Positions 19,695 through 29,580 of a stretch of 64,000 nucleotides of DNA are shown here, in pieces (the first letter of the stretch is position 1; every line of letters starts with the position of its first letter). The position numbers were made by a program, and so were the translations under genes. A model generated the notes under the pieces. It did no database searches. It was not told the DNA's origin and saw nothing but the letters and a program-made list of their open reading frames with translations. The stretch is taken from contig CAXRHT010000003.1 in assembly GCA_964230645.1 (NCBI GenBank), positions 1 to 64,000 of the forward strand, given 5' to 3'. The stretch is from Bdellovibrionales bacterium (lineage in GTDB: Bacteria > Bdellovibrionota > Bdellovibrionia > Bdellovibrionales > JAGQZY01).

Positions 19695-20816
19695 TTAATT
19701 TTTCTTGAGCAATAGTGCTTGAGAAATTGTGGCGTTCTTACCGAAGTGTTCAACTATTTTTTGGGATTCTTTCCGCGAATCTAATACTTTAAGTAGATAC
19801 TGATCGTTAAATCTTTCAGAATAATTTTTTTTCAGATTCAGATACCACTTTGTCGGTGCTTTTTTTAATGCGTCTAAAGCCTTTAATAATGAAAATCCTA
19901 GAAAATAATCCATAGCAATATTTTCGGCATTATACTTAGTAAAATCAATTTTATCTAAACTCTTAAAAATTAAGATTTCGAAGAGTAGCAACTGGTTTTT
20001 CAAATTCTCATCGTCGAATGACTCATATTTCTTTTTAAGTTTTTCAAAAGCCTCACGATCAGGCTTGTCCTTATTTGATGTGATGGTATCGAGATACATT
20101 AAATGCTTAGCAAACTCAGGGTCTTTGGCTTTGTTTTTCTCCAAACAGCTTTTGGATTCTTGGACTTGCCCTCCGAGATATTGCAAAACACAGTAATCTA
20201 AAAGAGTCCATATACTCGACTCGGTCATTTTAGGATGACTTTCTAAGAAATCGATTCCTACTTGATAGAAACCTAAAAATCTTGTGTTAAATATCAAATC
20301 CCTCTGAACCTGTTCATCCTGAGCTAGATGAACCATTTTTTTCAAGCTTTCAGCCACCTCACCTTGATGTTTGATTAAAAACTTTAACTGCTTTGGTTCA
20401 AGGCTCGCCAATGAATTTTTCAATAAAAAAGGATAGGTAGAAATTTGATCCTTTGACAATTTTTTAGTTAGCACGATGACACATTGAATTTTTTGACAGG
20501 AACGTGAGAACCTTAACATCGCCTTCTTATCTTCCTTATTTTTCTCTATGATGTCTTCAAGAAAGCTCTCTTGTTTTTCAAACGGAATGTCTAAGTTCAA
20601 ATAGAAGTCGACATCTTTCTTCGTGTTTAGACCCACGTTGCGTTCAATTCCTAACCGAATTCTCTTTTCCAATATGTCCTTTTGCTGGGCTATGGTTTTC
20701 GTCTCTTCAATTTTTGTATAAAAAGGGTTTACTGGAGAAGATGCTTCTTGAGAAAAGCCGGTAACCGGAATGGTGATAGAGACTAAAAAAGCGAAATTGT
20801 AATATAAAAAATTCAT
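19695..20816 (-). CDS. Hypothetical exported helical protein
   Basis: Long ORF with signal-like N-terminus (MNFLYYNFAFLVSITIPVTGFS). No recognisable motif. Confidence 0.6.
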   Translation of the reverse strand: MNFLYYNFAFLVSITIPVTGFSQEASSPVNPFYTKIEETKTIAQQKDILEKRIRLGIERNVGLNTKKDVDFYLNLDIPFEKQESFLEDIIEKNKEDKKAMLRFSRSCQKIQCVIVLTKKLSKDQISTYPFLLKNSLASLEPKQLKFLIKHQGEVAESLKKMVHLAQDEQVQRDLIFNTRFLGFYQVGIDFLESHPKMTESSIWTLLDYCVLQYLGGQVQESKSCLEKNKAKDPEFAKHLMYLDTITSNKDKPDREAFEKLKKKYESFDDENLKNQLLLFEILIFKSLDKIDFTKYNAENIAMDYFLGFSLLKALDALKKAPTKWYLNLKKNYSERFNDQYLLKVLDSRKESQKIVEHFGKNATISQALLLKKN

Positions 20817-20952
20817 ACACGACAAATTAGCAACAGAGCAAAGAAGTAGTAAAGGCTTTTTAAATCCATTTAAACTATGGAGAGAGTCCTTTAAACAGCT
20901 TTGATCTCGGGGTGAAAACCCAAGGCTTCTCTTTGTTTTAGGTTTTTAGAAG

Positions 20953-21045
20953 TGGCGGAGGAGGGGGGATTCGAACCCCCGGTACGGGTTGACCCCGCAC
21001 GGTTGTTTAGCAAACAACTGGTTTCAGCCACTCACCCACTCCTCC
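20953..21045 (-). tRNA. tRNA-Ser(GCT)
   Basis: Reverse complement GGAGGAG...GTTGT-TTGCTAA-ACAAC, long variable arm, GGTTCGAATCC...CTCCTCCGCCA. Confidence 0.97.
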
Positions 21046-21129
21046 CAGGAATCTGTAACGATGACTGTAATCTGAATAAGAGAAATTGCCACTACCTGGC
21101 CCCAGAATCAAGTCTCGATTTTAAGGTAA

Positions 21130-21717
21130 TTAGTAGTTTTCGGGAAAAATCTCTCTCTCAACCGTCTCAATCACGGTATGAATCAACTTAATATGCACTT
21201 CTTGAATTCGATCACTTGTTTGAGCCGGCACAATGATGGGTAAATCCGCCAAAGAGGCTAACTTTCCTCCATCTTTACCCAAAAGAGCCACAGTCTTCAT
21301 GCCCTTTGCTTGGGCGGCCTTTACAGCATTGATAACATTTTGTGAGTTTCCACTGGTGGAGAGCCCAATCAATACATCCCCTTTTCTGCCCAGTCCCTCG
21401 ACTTGACGGGAAAAAATATGCTCAAAGCCGTAATCATTACTCACACAGGTCGTATGAGAGGGGTCGCCTAGGGCTAAAGCCCCTAAAGGCTTTCGATCAT
21501 CGCGGTAACGACCGGTGAGCTCCTCTGCAAAATGCATTGCATCACAATGAGAGCCCCCATTTCCGCAACTGAAAGCGGTTCCCTCATTTTTATAGCAGTC
21601 GATAAGGATTCTGCTAAATTCTGAGCATTTTTCGAGATTTTCCGGGTTACTAATAAAGCTAGCGATCACTTCTTGCGCCTCAACAAGGCAATTTTTCCAG
21701 ATCGGAGTGAGTTCCAT
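21130..21717 (-). CDS. gmhA: D-sedoheptulose 7-phosphate isomerase
   Basis: CGNGGSHCDAMHFAEELTGR, NDYG, STSGNS and DRIQEVHI. Confidence 0.97.
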   Translation of the reverse strand: MELTPIWKNCLVEAQEVIASFISNPENLEKCSEFSRILIDCYKNEGTAFSCGNGGSHCDAMHFAEELTGRYRDDRKPLGALALGDPSHTTCVSNDYGFEHIFSRQVEGLGRKGDVLIGLSTSGNSQNVINAVKAAQAKGMKTVALLGKDGGKLASLADLPIIVPAQTSDRIQEVHIKLIHTVIETVEREIFPENY

Positions 21718-21810
21718 TTTGCCCTCCTCTTCCCTTCATTTTTAAACTTCCAAAGGAAATAAGACAAGAGCTTGTTTTCAAACAGAAAATGCAATACAAA
21801 CAGCCTTCGT

Positions 21811-21887
21811 GCGCTGGTAGCTCAGCTGGATAGAGTACTTGACTACGAATCAAGTGGTCGGGAGTTCGAATCTTCCCCAGCGCGCCA
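21811..21887 (+). tRNA. tRNA-Arg(ACG)
   Basis: GCGCTGG...CTTGA-CTACGAA-TCAAG...GTTCGAATC...CCAGCGCGCCA. Confidence 0.97.
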
Positions 21888-21929
21888 TTTTTAAGGGCAG
21901 GCTAACTACGGTTCCCTGCCTTTAAAAAT
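21887..21929. terminator. Hairpin/terminator downstream of tRNA-Arg
   Basis: Inverted repeat ATTTTTAAGGGCAGG ... CCTGCCTTTAAAAAT. Confidence 0.5.
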
Positions 21930-21937
21930 GGGTTTCT

Positions 21938-22435
21938 ATGAATCTTAAAGTCGCCATCAAACTCGTGGCTCTCTTGTCTGCACTGACAGCCACTATCGTC
22001 GCAATATTCTGGTTAAAACAAGGGCATATGGACGCTTTTTGGACAAGCTTAGGTGTGGACCGAAGCGGAACCAGACTCAACTGGTGTGTTGAGCGGGTGG
22101 ATTCTATCTACTTTTATGAGACTCAAGAAAAGCTCTTTGAAGAAGAGGGCCGCTGGCTCTGGAAAATGAAAGCAGGGACCCAAGAGCTCGACTATCTCCG
22201 TGTGGAAAAGTGGTTTGCAAAATACTGTCAGATCTCGATCGACGAAAAACTTCAGACCTCAGAAAATCCTGTACGCTTCACACCTGTTTTTGAAGCCCAA
22301 TTTATCGATGGCTCGCGCAAAACCCTCTCCCAGACAAACTCGGATCTTTTCAAAATAGACTCTCATCAATTTCGTTCAGAAACTTTGCGTAAGGGAATTA
22401 AAGAACTTCTCGCTTTTGGGAAAAAAATAGAGTAA
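21938..22435 (+). CDS. Hypothetical membrane-anchored protein
   Basis: 165 aa ORF with an N-terminal TM segment, lying between two tRNAs. Confidence 0.7.
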   Translation: MNLKVAIKLVALLSALTATIVAIFWLKQGHMDAFWTSLGVDRSGTRLNWCVERVDSIYFYETQEKLFEEEGRWLWKMKAGTQELDYLRVEKWFAKYCQISIDEKLQTSENPVRFTPVFEAQFIDGSRKTLSQTNSDLFKIDSHQFRSETLRKGIKELLAFGKKIE

Positions 22436-22454
22436 GTATAAAGGTTCCAGTTGT

Positions 22455-22529
22455 TCAGGAGTAGCTCAGTGGTAGAGCAAGCGGCTGTTAACCGCTTGGT
22501 CGGGGGTTCGAATCCCTCCTCCTGAGCCA
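22455..22529 (+). tRNA. tRNA-Asn(GTT)
   Basis: TCAGGAG...AGCGG-CTGTTAA-CCGCT...GGTTCGAATCC...CTCCTGAGCCA. Confidence 0.97.
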
Positions 22530-22586
22530 TTTTTCTTCCGATCCTAGGTACCCAACTTCTACAAAAGCTTCCAATTAATAGGCTTC

Positions 22587-22736
22587 TTAATCATCAAAAC
22601 TTTGATAGTGATCAATCATGCGACATTTCTCTTTGTCTCGGTTGGCTGTTTTACGACAGTCCTTCACTTTTTCCTCACTTGACGGCGTTGTACATCCCAA
22701 GAAAAAAATTGAACTCAGTAACAAAAGATATTTCAT
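22587..22736 (-). CDS. Small putative lipoprotein (49 aa), not in ORF track
   Basis: MKYLLLLSSIFFLGC-TTPSSEEKVKDCRKTANRDKEKCRMIDHYQSFDD*: signal peptide II with lipobox LGC plus two further Cys. Confidence 0.65.
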   Translation of the reverse strand: MKYLLLLSSIFFLGCTTPSSEEKVKDCRKTANRDKEKCRMIDHYQSFDD

Positions 22737-22917
22737 AAAGGCCACTCTTTGATAAAGGTCTCGAAAGTTAACATCTAAAAATTTAGGGTCTCCTTAAAAA
22801 ATACCAATGGCAAGAGCTAGGACTCGGTTGTCAGAATCGACGACCAACTCGCGGAATCATGTTTCTTTTTAGGACCTAAATCCAAGATGAATAAAGTTTT
22901 AATTTTTCAAACTGTGA

Positions 22918-23154
22918 TCAGAGTCTTTTTGCGAAATAACAAAAAGTAAAATAAGACGAACCAAGAAAGCCAACAATAACAAAGGGAAAAGTCGAGAAGA
23001 GTAGATCCCCATAAGTTCCCCCGACAAAATACGTGTAAGTGGAACCAACGAGTAGAAAAAGTAAAACCATTAAAACTAAAAATTTAAATGTTTCAATCCT
23101 CATGCTCATTACGTTAAGTTCCGCAATCGCAAATGTCATTGATATTTTATTCAA
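22918..23154 (-). CDS. Small hypothetical membrane protein
   Basis: Two hydrophobic helices. Start uncertain. Confidence 0.45.
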   Translation of the reverse strand: MNKISMTFAIAELNVMSMRIETFKFLVLMVLLFLLVGSTYTYFVGGTYGDLLFSTFPFVIVGFLGSSYFTFCYFAKRL

Positions 23155-23175
23155 GATTCTCTTTTTAACTCAATC

Positions 23176-24408
23176 TCAATAATTTGGTATTTCACATCCA
23201 TAAGCGTTGACCCTAGCACCTGGAGACGTTTGAGGACAGCGGTCTTCAATATCATCGATCCCATCAGAATCACTGTCTGTGCTTTCTTTTGGAGAATCAG
23301 AGGATGCAGAGGCACACCCGTTCTGGCCGACATAATTTTGGTTCCATGTGTTAGGACATTTGTCCTTGTAGTCCGGCACCCCATCATTATCACCATCGGA
23401 TAGATCATTGGGTTCCTCTCTTAAACCATCATCGGAAGTTCTGTTATACCTCGGAATAGGTTTATTCCGAGAGTTTGGCTCTAACTCTCGACCTTTTTCA
23501 TTCACACCCCAACGAAAATTTAATCCCAAAAAGGCTCGAAAATCAGGTGAACCCAGTCCGTGATAAACCTCTCCGCCCATTCCTCCAATGACATCTAACT
23601 TCTGCAAGGCCCTCCATTTGTAGGCAAAAAGAGATTCAAGATTACTCAGTTGACGATCTGTGGGCACGGTTGGTGGCTGGTCCAAAGGATAGGCTCCAAA
23701 TAACTCGGCCACGAAGGCTGATTTTGCAGGTCCAATAAGATAAGACAATGCGGTTGAATAAATTATTTGATCCGAGATTGGAATAATACCGCGATTAGCA
23801 ATCGGGGTCCCCTCGTTTCTTAAGCGATAACCAAGATTAGCGGCCCACAGGATTCTCTCATTAATTTTAACATCGACTGCTCCCTCAATGTTTATTGTAG
23901 GTCCCGGATTCTCCCCCACGAACGGGTTATTTTGAATTTGGTCAAAATCCATACTAAGAATTAAAGCCCCGCCCCACTTTTCCTCATTGATAATTCGAAA
24001 CTTACTATTAAATCTGATGTCGTCCACTCCAGGATCACCATAGGTGAATACAAAGTCAGATTGTCTGAAAGTCTGTGAGTTCATAAAGCTAGCGTTCACT
24101 CCTAAGTCCCAGCCCTCAATGATACCGACACTGGCATGCAGGTAGGAGTGAATGATCTGGTCATTGACCTCTGTAAAGCTTTGAATGTTATCTCGCGTGG
24201 AAACCGTTGAATAAGGTAATGAGTTAGTCGAATAATTAGTGAACGCGCCAAAATTGAACTCAAAAGGGTCCAAGGTTCTGGAAGAATGAACAGTAATGAA
24301 ATCAAGACCATTGCTAGTTGGATTAAAATTTTGAGTGTCTGACCCCAAAATATTAGCCTGAGAAAAACAAACGAAAAATAAAAGGAATATTAGGATAATG
24401 ACTTTCAT
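23176..24408 (-). CDS. Outer-membrane beta-barrel-like protein with thrombospondin type 3 repeats
   Basis: Signal peptide MKVIILIF...SQA, an alternating beta-strand pattern ending ...PDFRAFLGLNFRW, and Ca-binding repeats DGDNDGVPDYKDKCP and DSDSDGIDDIEDRCP. Confidence 0.75.
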   Translation of the reverse strand: MKVIILIFLLFFVCFSQANILGSDTQNFNPTSNGLDFITVHSSRTLDPFEFNFGAFTNYSTNSLPYSTVSTRDNIQSFTEVNDQIIHSYLHASVGIIEGWDLGVNASFMNSQTFRQSDFVFTYGDPGVDDIRFNSKFRIINEEKWGGALILSMDFDQIQNNPFVGENPGPTINIEGAVDVKINERILWAANLGYRLRNEGTPIANRGIIPISDQIIYSTALSYLIGPAKSAFVAELFGAYPLDQPPTVPTDRQLSNLESLFAYKWRALQKLDVIGGMGGEVYHGLGSPDFRAFLGLNFRWGVNEKGRELEPNSRNKPIPRYNRTSDDGLREEPNDLSDGDNDGVPDYKDKCPNTWNQNYVGQNGCASASSDSPKESTDSDSDGIDDIEDRCPQTSPGARVNAYGCEIPNY

Positions 24409-24540
24409 GGGCCTATTGTCTAAAAGAACATTATAACTGTCCACCTCTTTTTATTTTGGGGTATTATAGATGACTGTAACTAGTGGGGTGTTTTTTTGAT
24501 GAATAAACTCCCCTCGCTCTACTCTCAAGGGAGGAGACTT

Positions 24541-24954
24541 ATGAGACATTGGATAGGAGTTGCTGTCTTATTGTTGGGTCACTTTAGCATCGCACAAAAC
24601 CACTCCATCGATTGCAAAAAGATGCAATGTAACGAGGACTTTCTTAAAGTTTATAAAAAAGCACTAAAAGGTGACGCCAAAGCTCAAAACAAAATTGGGG
24701 AAATGTTCCACTTCGGTAAGGGTGTACAACGGGATTTTCACCTGGCCAAAAAATGGTATTTGCAGGCCTCAAACCAGGGAGATGCTGAAGCACCTAATCA
24801 TATCGGCCGACTTTATTCCAATGGCGAGGGTGTGCAAAAGAACTCACTCGAAGCCTGTGGCTGGTATCGGGTCGCTAGAGACCGCGGCAATGAATGGGGA
24901 AAGGTTAATTTTAAAAAGTGTTTTGCTGCCACAAAAGTCGCAAGTGAAAAATAG
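24541..24954 (+). CDS. Sel1-like repeat protein, exported
   Basis: AQNKIGEMFHFGKGVQRD...AKKWY and IGRLYSNGEGVQKN..EA..WY. GGAGGAG precedes ATG 24541. Confidence 0.9.
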   Translation: MRHWIGVAVLLLGHFSIAQNHSIDCKKMQCNEDFLKVYKKALKGDAKAQNKIGEMFHFGKGVQRDFHLAKKWYLQASNQGDAEAPNHIGRLYSNGEGVQKNSLEACGWYRVARDRGNEWGKVNFKKCFAATKVASEK

Positions 24955-24957
24955 CCG

Positions 24958-26304
24958 CTACTTGTATCCAATGGTCATATAGCGCGTGTACTTATCTAGG
25001 GGAAGCGCCCCAGAGAATAGACGCTTTGTCATCGGTGTTTGCTCCCTAAACTCCGCAACTGAGTTGACGCAATTGACGTGGTCATCCACGCCGAAAAAAT
25101 CATTGGATTGAAGAAGTACTAGCTGACCAGAAGGGATACTTTCATACCAAGCCTGAAAATCTTCAATATGTTCACAAGACGTATTCACCCATAAATCATA
25201 TTTTAGATTTTCCTTCCATCTTTTTCCCGCACTGTTCTCCATAGGTAACAGTGGCGCTATACCCTCCTCGGTCTCCGTATACTCTAGTTTTTTTATGTCT
25301 AATGTAAGCGCTTTAAAGTTCCAGCGATCCAAAAATCTTTCTTTATTAAACTCTTCGGCAACCTTTGCACAGACGGGATCTATATCCAGACTTCGAATGC
25401 GCTCCAATTCCAACTCTGGCCACATCTCATCAAGCAGTCGAACAAACAATGCATACCATCCACATAGAACCAGTAGAGATTTGGGAGGAGGAAGACTTAA
25501 ACCTTTTAAAGTTTCAATAGCCCACACTTTGCTTTTTATTTGTCCTTGCGAAAAGGCATCCACAATATTTAATTCTGGAAACTTGACTTCTACCTTCCTG
25601 ATTTTCTCAAATATATTATTGTTTGTGGCCATAGATAAGAACTTAAAAAACTCCAAATCAGACTGCAGGGACATTAGGTGTTCGTAGGCCTTGCCTAATT
25701 GTCGTAACTCAGGATGGTCATAAAGAATATTATACAGGTCGAGGCACAAATGAATTTGTTCTTTTAGATTTTTTTCTAAAAGTAATTTTTTTATCGCTTG
25801 AAAAATTTCCTTGTTTTGAACCTGTTTATCAAGCACCCCTAAGAACATCGCGAAATTCGGATTCATTGACGATTCTGAGAAGTTTGAAAATAAACGGACA
25901 AAATTCCTTGCTCCCGGATAAGTGATCAAACTCAAAGATGATTCATAAATTTCCTGAGCTTTTTCTTCGGGGATTTCGAGAGTTTTAAAATATTCCACGC
26001 AACTCCCCACTTCGATGTCATAAAAAAGATGCTCAATGAGCTCTAAGGTTCTTTTAACCATCTCAAGTTCTGTGGAGGCAGACAGTAAGTTGTCTAATCT
26101 ATTGGTAATAGGGAACTCTTTCCAGGACCGAATGATTTCAAAAAATTCGGCGAGATATTCTTTGTCACTCTTCGCATCAGAGGTAAAGTTTTCGATGGCA
26201 TATCTCACAGTTTTGACCACATCTTTCTCAGGCCAAATTCGTTCTGTACCAATCAGTATTCTTTTAAAGTTTTCAAACTCTTGATGTTTTTGTAAATTCA
26301 TCAA
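24958..26304 (-). CDS. Protein with C-terminal class I SAM-methyltransferase-like domain
   Basis: DAFSQGQ..SK.W, LVLCGWY, RSLDID (acidic end of strand 2), NTSCEH, LLQSN and HVNC. Long helical N-terminal half. Confidence 0.55.
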   Translation of the reverse strand: MMNLQKHQEFENFKRILIGTERIWPEKDVVKTVRYAIENFTSDAKSDKEYLAEFFEIIRSWKEFPITNRLDNLLSASTELEMVKRTLELIEHLFYDIEVGSCVEYFKTLEIPEEKAQEIYESSLSLITYPGARNFVRLFSNFSESSMNPNFAMFLGVLDKQVQNKEIFQAIKKLLLEKNLKEQIHLCLDLYNILYDHPELRQLGKAYEHLMSLQSDLEFFKFLSMATNNNIFEKIRKVEVKFPELNIVDAFSQGQIKSKVWAIETLKGLSLPPPKSLLVLCGWYALFVRLLDEMWPELELERIRSLDIDPVCAKVAEEFNKERFLDRWNFKALTLDIKKLEYTETEEGIAPLLPMENSAGKRWKENLKYDLWVNTSCEHIEDFQAWYESIPSGQLVLLQSNDFFGVDDHVNCVNSVAEFREQTPMTKRLFSGALPLDKYTRYMTIGYK

Positions 26305-26995
26305 ATTTCCTATCTAACCAATTGAAGTCATTCAGATGGCTCAGTTGATCGGGATAATTTTTACCAAAATCTCGTCCTTGTCGGGCACCCATGAGAATCC
26401 ACTCTTTATTGGGAACATCTCTAACCCCGACACACCATTGGTCAAGACGCTCTTGAGTTTCTTTATCGTTCTGGCGGGCAATGATTCCAGCTGCAAGTTT
26501 AGCACATTCTCTGAATGCACCCCTCCACGCCTCTTTTTCAGTATTAAAAAAATAGGTTTCAGAAGCTTTTATTGAGACAATTCGGTAATTTGTCGCCACA
26601 GTTGTTGCCAAATCAACGTATTTTTCTTTTGGATCTCGACCTGCGATAAGACTTTTGTTGTAGATTTTTACCGCGCCAAATCCATAAGAAAGCCCGTTGG
26701 CCGGATTAACACAACGATACACATAGATACTGTCCTTCTTAAGATCGAGATCGGCCACCTCAAAGTTAAAATCAGGTCGAATTCTATTGTCGCCATCGAC
26801 TACGAAAAAGAAATCGGAATGGCTCGTCTCAGCCGCTTTTTGGTGGGCTTGCTTGATACCTTTCACACCGTGAACTCTCTTCGCTCTTGGAAAACGCGCT
26901 TTCAACTCTAACCAATTTTTGTCGGAGTTGCTCTCATCGTATGAGATAAAAACAATATCAAGGGATTTTGAGTCTATCCTGGAATCGCTCTGCAT
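26273..26995 (-). CDS. Nucleotide-diphospho-sugar transferase (GT-A)-like protein
   Basis: DIVFISYDE...GVKGI..AH..AA...FFVVDGDN (DxD), GFGAVK and AWRGAFREC.K. Overlaps the downstream gene. Confidence 0.5.
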   Translation of the reverse strand: MQSDSRIDSKSLDIVFISYDESNSDKNWLELKARFPRAKRVHGVKGIKQAHQKAAETSHSDFFFVVDGDNRIRPDFNFEVADLDLKKDSIYVYRCVNPANGLSYGFGAVKIYNKSLIAGRDPKEKYVDLATTVATNYRIVSIKASETYFFNTEKEAWRGAFRECAKLAAGIIARQNDKETQERLDQWCVGVRDVPNKEWILMGARQGRDFGKNYPDQLSHLNDFNWLDRKFDEFTKTSRV

Positions 26996-27047
26996 TAATG
27001 CGTTTATATCCTAGAACAAAAATTATTCAAGATGGTACCCTCTCACC

Positions 27048-28469
27048 ATGGAAAAAAAGAATTTTGACCCCAACTCCATTAGTCCTACCTTCTGTATTTT
27101 GCCTTGGATTCATATGTCGACTCGACCCAATGGCCATATGCGTGTTTGCTGCACCGCGAATGCCTCCTCCGCCGGAGCTACTAACGACAAAAAGTGGGGC
27201 GGAGAAGTGGGAATTGTGAAAAATGATGACGGCAAACCAGCCAATCTAAATAACACCGACCTCCTTACAGGCTGGAACAACCTTTATATGCGCTCTATTC
27301 GCAAACAGATGCTCAAGGGTGAAGTGCCCCCTTCCTGTGCCAAATGTTTTAAAGAAGAGTCCGCAGGACATCGCTCGAAAAGAAACTGGGAAACTGAGTA
27401 TTGGAACCGTCGGGTAGACACTCAGGCTCTCGTCAACGACACCCAGGAAGATGGTTCCGTTCCGGCAAAAATGTATTACGTCGACCTACGATTGGGTACA
27501 AAATGTAACTTAAAGTGTATTATGTGCTCTCCCCACGACAGCTCTTATTGGGTTGGGGATTGGATGAAGCTTTTCCCAAAATTAAAGAACGAACAATTAC
27601 GCGAACTCATGGTTTGGAACAACAAAGGGCGCGTCGATGGCGCATCCTATGACTGGCATAAAGACAATCCGGAATTCTGGAATCAACTCTACGAACAGAT
27701 TCCCCACATGAAACAACTCTACTTTGCTGGGGGCGAGAGCACGATCATCCCCGAACACTATGAATTATTAGAAGAATGCATTCGCCGAGGCTATGCTGAT
27801 AAGATTATTCTGCGTTACAACAGTAACGGCATTGAAATGCCTGAGAAACTTTTTTCTCTTTGGGAGAAGTTTAAAAAAGTCCGTTTTCACTTTAGTATTG
27901 ATAGCTTTTCCGAAATGAATGACTACATACGCTACCCTTCGAAATGGTCACATATAGAAAATCAATTTCGTCGTCTTGACCAAACTTCGGACAATGTAGA
28001 GGTCACTGTAGCCTGCGCTGTTCAGATGCTCAATATGTACTACATTCCTGATTTTATTAAATGGAAATTGGAACAAAATTTTAAGAAAATAAACCCATGG
28101 CCCCTAGGTGCCGGTTTAATAAATTTCCATTTTGTTTATCACCCAGCTCACTTAAATGTGAAGGTGTTTCCTAAATGGATGAAAGTTAAAATTAGAACGA
28201 AATATGAAAACTTTTATCAGTGGCTCAAAGATAATTACCGCAATGATAGTGAGTTTTTGGAAAATGGTTACGGGATCAAACGAATGCAAGGCATGGTTAA
28301 CTTCATGGAGTCGGAAGACTGGTCCCAAAGGATGCCTCAGTTCATTGAGTATATTGAAAAGATGGACGGAATTCGAGGCACTGACTTTCGTAAAACCTTC
28401 CCAGAAATGGCGGAGCTTCTAGACGAGCCCAGAGAAGATATTAAAGCTTCTAGAAATGTAGAGCTCTAA
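27048..28469 (+). CDS. Radical SAM protein with N-terminal twitch domain
   Basis: N-terminal FCILPW...RVCC...CAKC, core CNLKCIMC and YFAGGE. Confidence 0.92.
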   Translation: MEKKNFDPNSISPTFCILPWIHMSTRPNGHMRVCCTANASSAGATNDKKWGGEVGIVKNDDGKPANLNNTDLLTGWNNLYMRSIRKQMLKGEVPPSCAKCFKEESAGHRSKRNWETEYWNRRVDTQALVNDTQEDGSVPAKMYYVDLRLGTKCNLKCIMCSPHDSSYWVGDWMKLFPKLKNEQLRELMVWNNKGRVDGASYDWHKDNPEFWNQLYEQIPHMKQLYFAGGESTIIPEHYELLEECIRRGYADKIILRYNSNGIEMPEKLFSLWEKFKKVRFHFSIDSFSEMNDYIRYPSKWSHIENQFRRLDQTSDNVEVTVACAVQMLNMYYIPDFIKWKLEQNFKKINPWPLGAGLINFHFVYHPAHLNVKVFPKWMKVKIRTKYENFYQWLKDNYRNDSEFLENGYGIKRMQGMVNFMESEDWSQRMPQFIEYIEKMDGIRGTDFRKTFPEMAELLDEPREDIKASRNVEL

Positions 28470-28470
28470 A

Positions 28471-29580
28471 TTATACAGTGACCTGTTCTTCCGTTTTTTC
28501 GAACTGTGCTTGAAAAGGATCGAATTCAGTGCCGCAAGTTTTAGCGCAGCATTTAGGCTTTCCATCTTTTACAGACGGCTTTTTCCAGCTCTTTAAAAGG
28601 ACATCCTGAAAAAATTCACCGTTAACAATATCCTTCAGTGACTTATTTTTTGTGTCTAAATCATCGATACCATTTTCTAGTTGTCTCACCATTTTCCACA
28701 TATAGGACTTCTCTCTTGGGAAATACCAGGGGTAGAGTTGGTTGGCCGTCCAACAGCAGGGAAAGGCCCGACCCATCGCACTTATATATAAACTCTTCTC
28801 TTTAGCGACTTTGCAATCCACCGGAGTTTTATTGAGATAGTTTTCCAAGCTGCCATATTTTTCTACCAAAGCCTCTTCTTTTTCTAAAGCCTTGTTATGG
28901 TATTTTTTGTCTACAGGCATCTCTAAATAATACTCCAACTCACCAGAGCGATCCAAGACCTCTTGCTTGTTTTTCCCCTCCATTTTCGTGTTACTGAAAA
29001 ATCGTCCTGTTTTTTTAACATTTACCTTGTGGATCCCTAAAGAATGAGCCAACTCTTTGACCTCTTCGACTTGGTGTTCATTGTGTTTGAAAACAATGAA
29101 ATCCCAAACCGCTCTTCCTCCAGCTCCCATATAAGCCTTAATATTTTTAATTATTGTGGGGAAATGAGTCCCTTTTCTATACAAATGGTTGGTATCTTCA
29201 AGGCCATCGACACTAAAGTGAACAAGATCTATCGTTTTAGCAAGTTCTTCCCACCACTTTTCACTTCGAGCCGATCCGTTTGTAAACATATCTAAACGGA
29301 TATCAGGGTTAATTTCTCTAAAGTATTTGTAAGCCTCTAAACTGTCTTTGGCCGCTATCGGATCTCCGTAGTTCCCACACATATAAACGCGATTAAGCTG
29401 CTTCACAAAAGCGGGTTCAAAAATTCTTTTAATATCCTCTAACCTTAATTCAACCAATGGCAGATTCGGATTTGTTTCACCACCGCAAACTGTTCTTAAA
29501 CACATCGGACATCGAGCATTACATTTAGAGGTTATCTCTAAATGTACGTCTCTAATTTCGTTGTACCTATACATTGGCAT
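28471..29580 (-). CDS. Radical SAM protein with C-terminal twitch/SPASM-like domain (CGNYGD subtype)
   Basis: CNARCPMC, MCGNYGDP and C...FPCCW...CCAKTC. Confidence 0.92.
   Translation of the reverse strand: MPMYRYNEIRDVHLEITSKCNARCPMCLRTVCGGETNPNLPLVELRLEDIKRIFEPAFVKQLNRVYMCGNYGDPIAAKDSLEAYKYFREINPDIRLDMFTNGSARSEKWWEELAKTIDLVHFSVDGLEDTNHLYRKGTHFPTIIKNIKAYMGAGGRAVWDFIVFKHNEHQVEEVKELAHSLGIHKVNVKKTGRFFSNTKMEGKNKQEVLDRSGELEYYLEMPVDKKYHNKALEKEEALVEKYGSLENYLNKTPVDCKVAKEKSLYISAMGRAFPCCWTANQLYPWYFPREKSYMWKMVRQLENGIDDLDTKNKSLKDIVNGEFFQDVLLKSWKKPSVKDGKPKCCAKTCGTEFDPFQAQFEKTEEQVTV

Noticed and set aside
20952..21191. 79-aa ORF on the + strand
   Set aside because: It is the antisense reading of tRNA-Ser(GCT) and overlaps the end of gmhA.
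23151..23408. 85-aa ORF as a frameshifted continuation of the TSP3 protein
   Set aside because: It is nested in another frame of the same gene and shows no OmpA-like motif.
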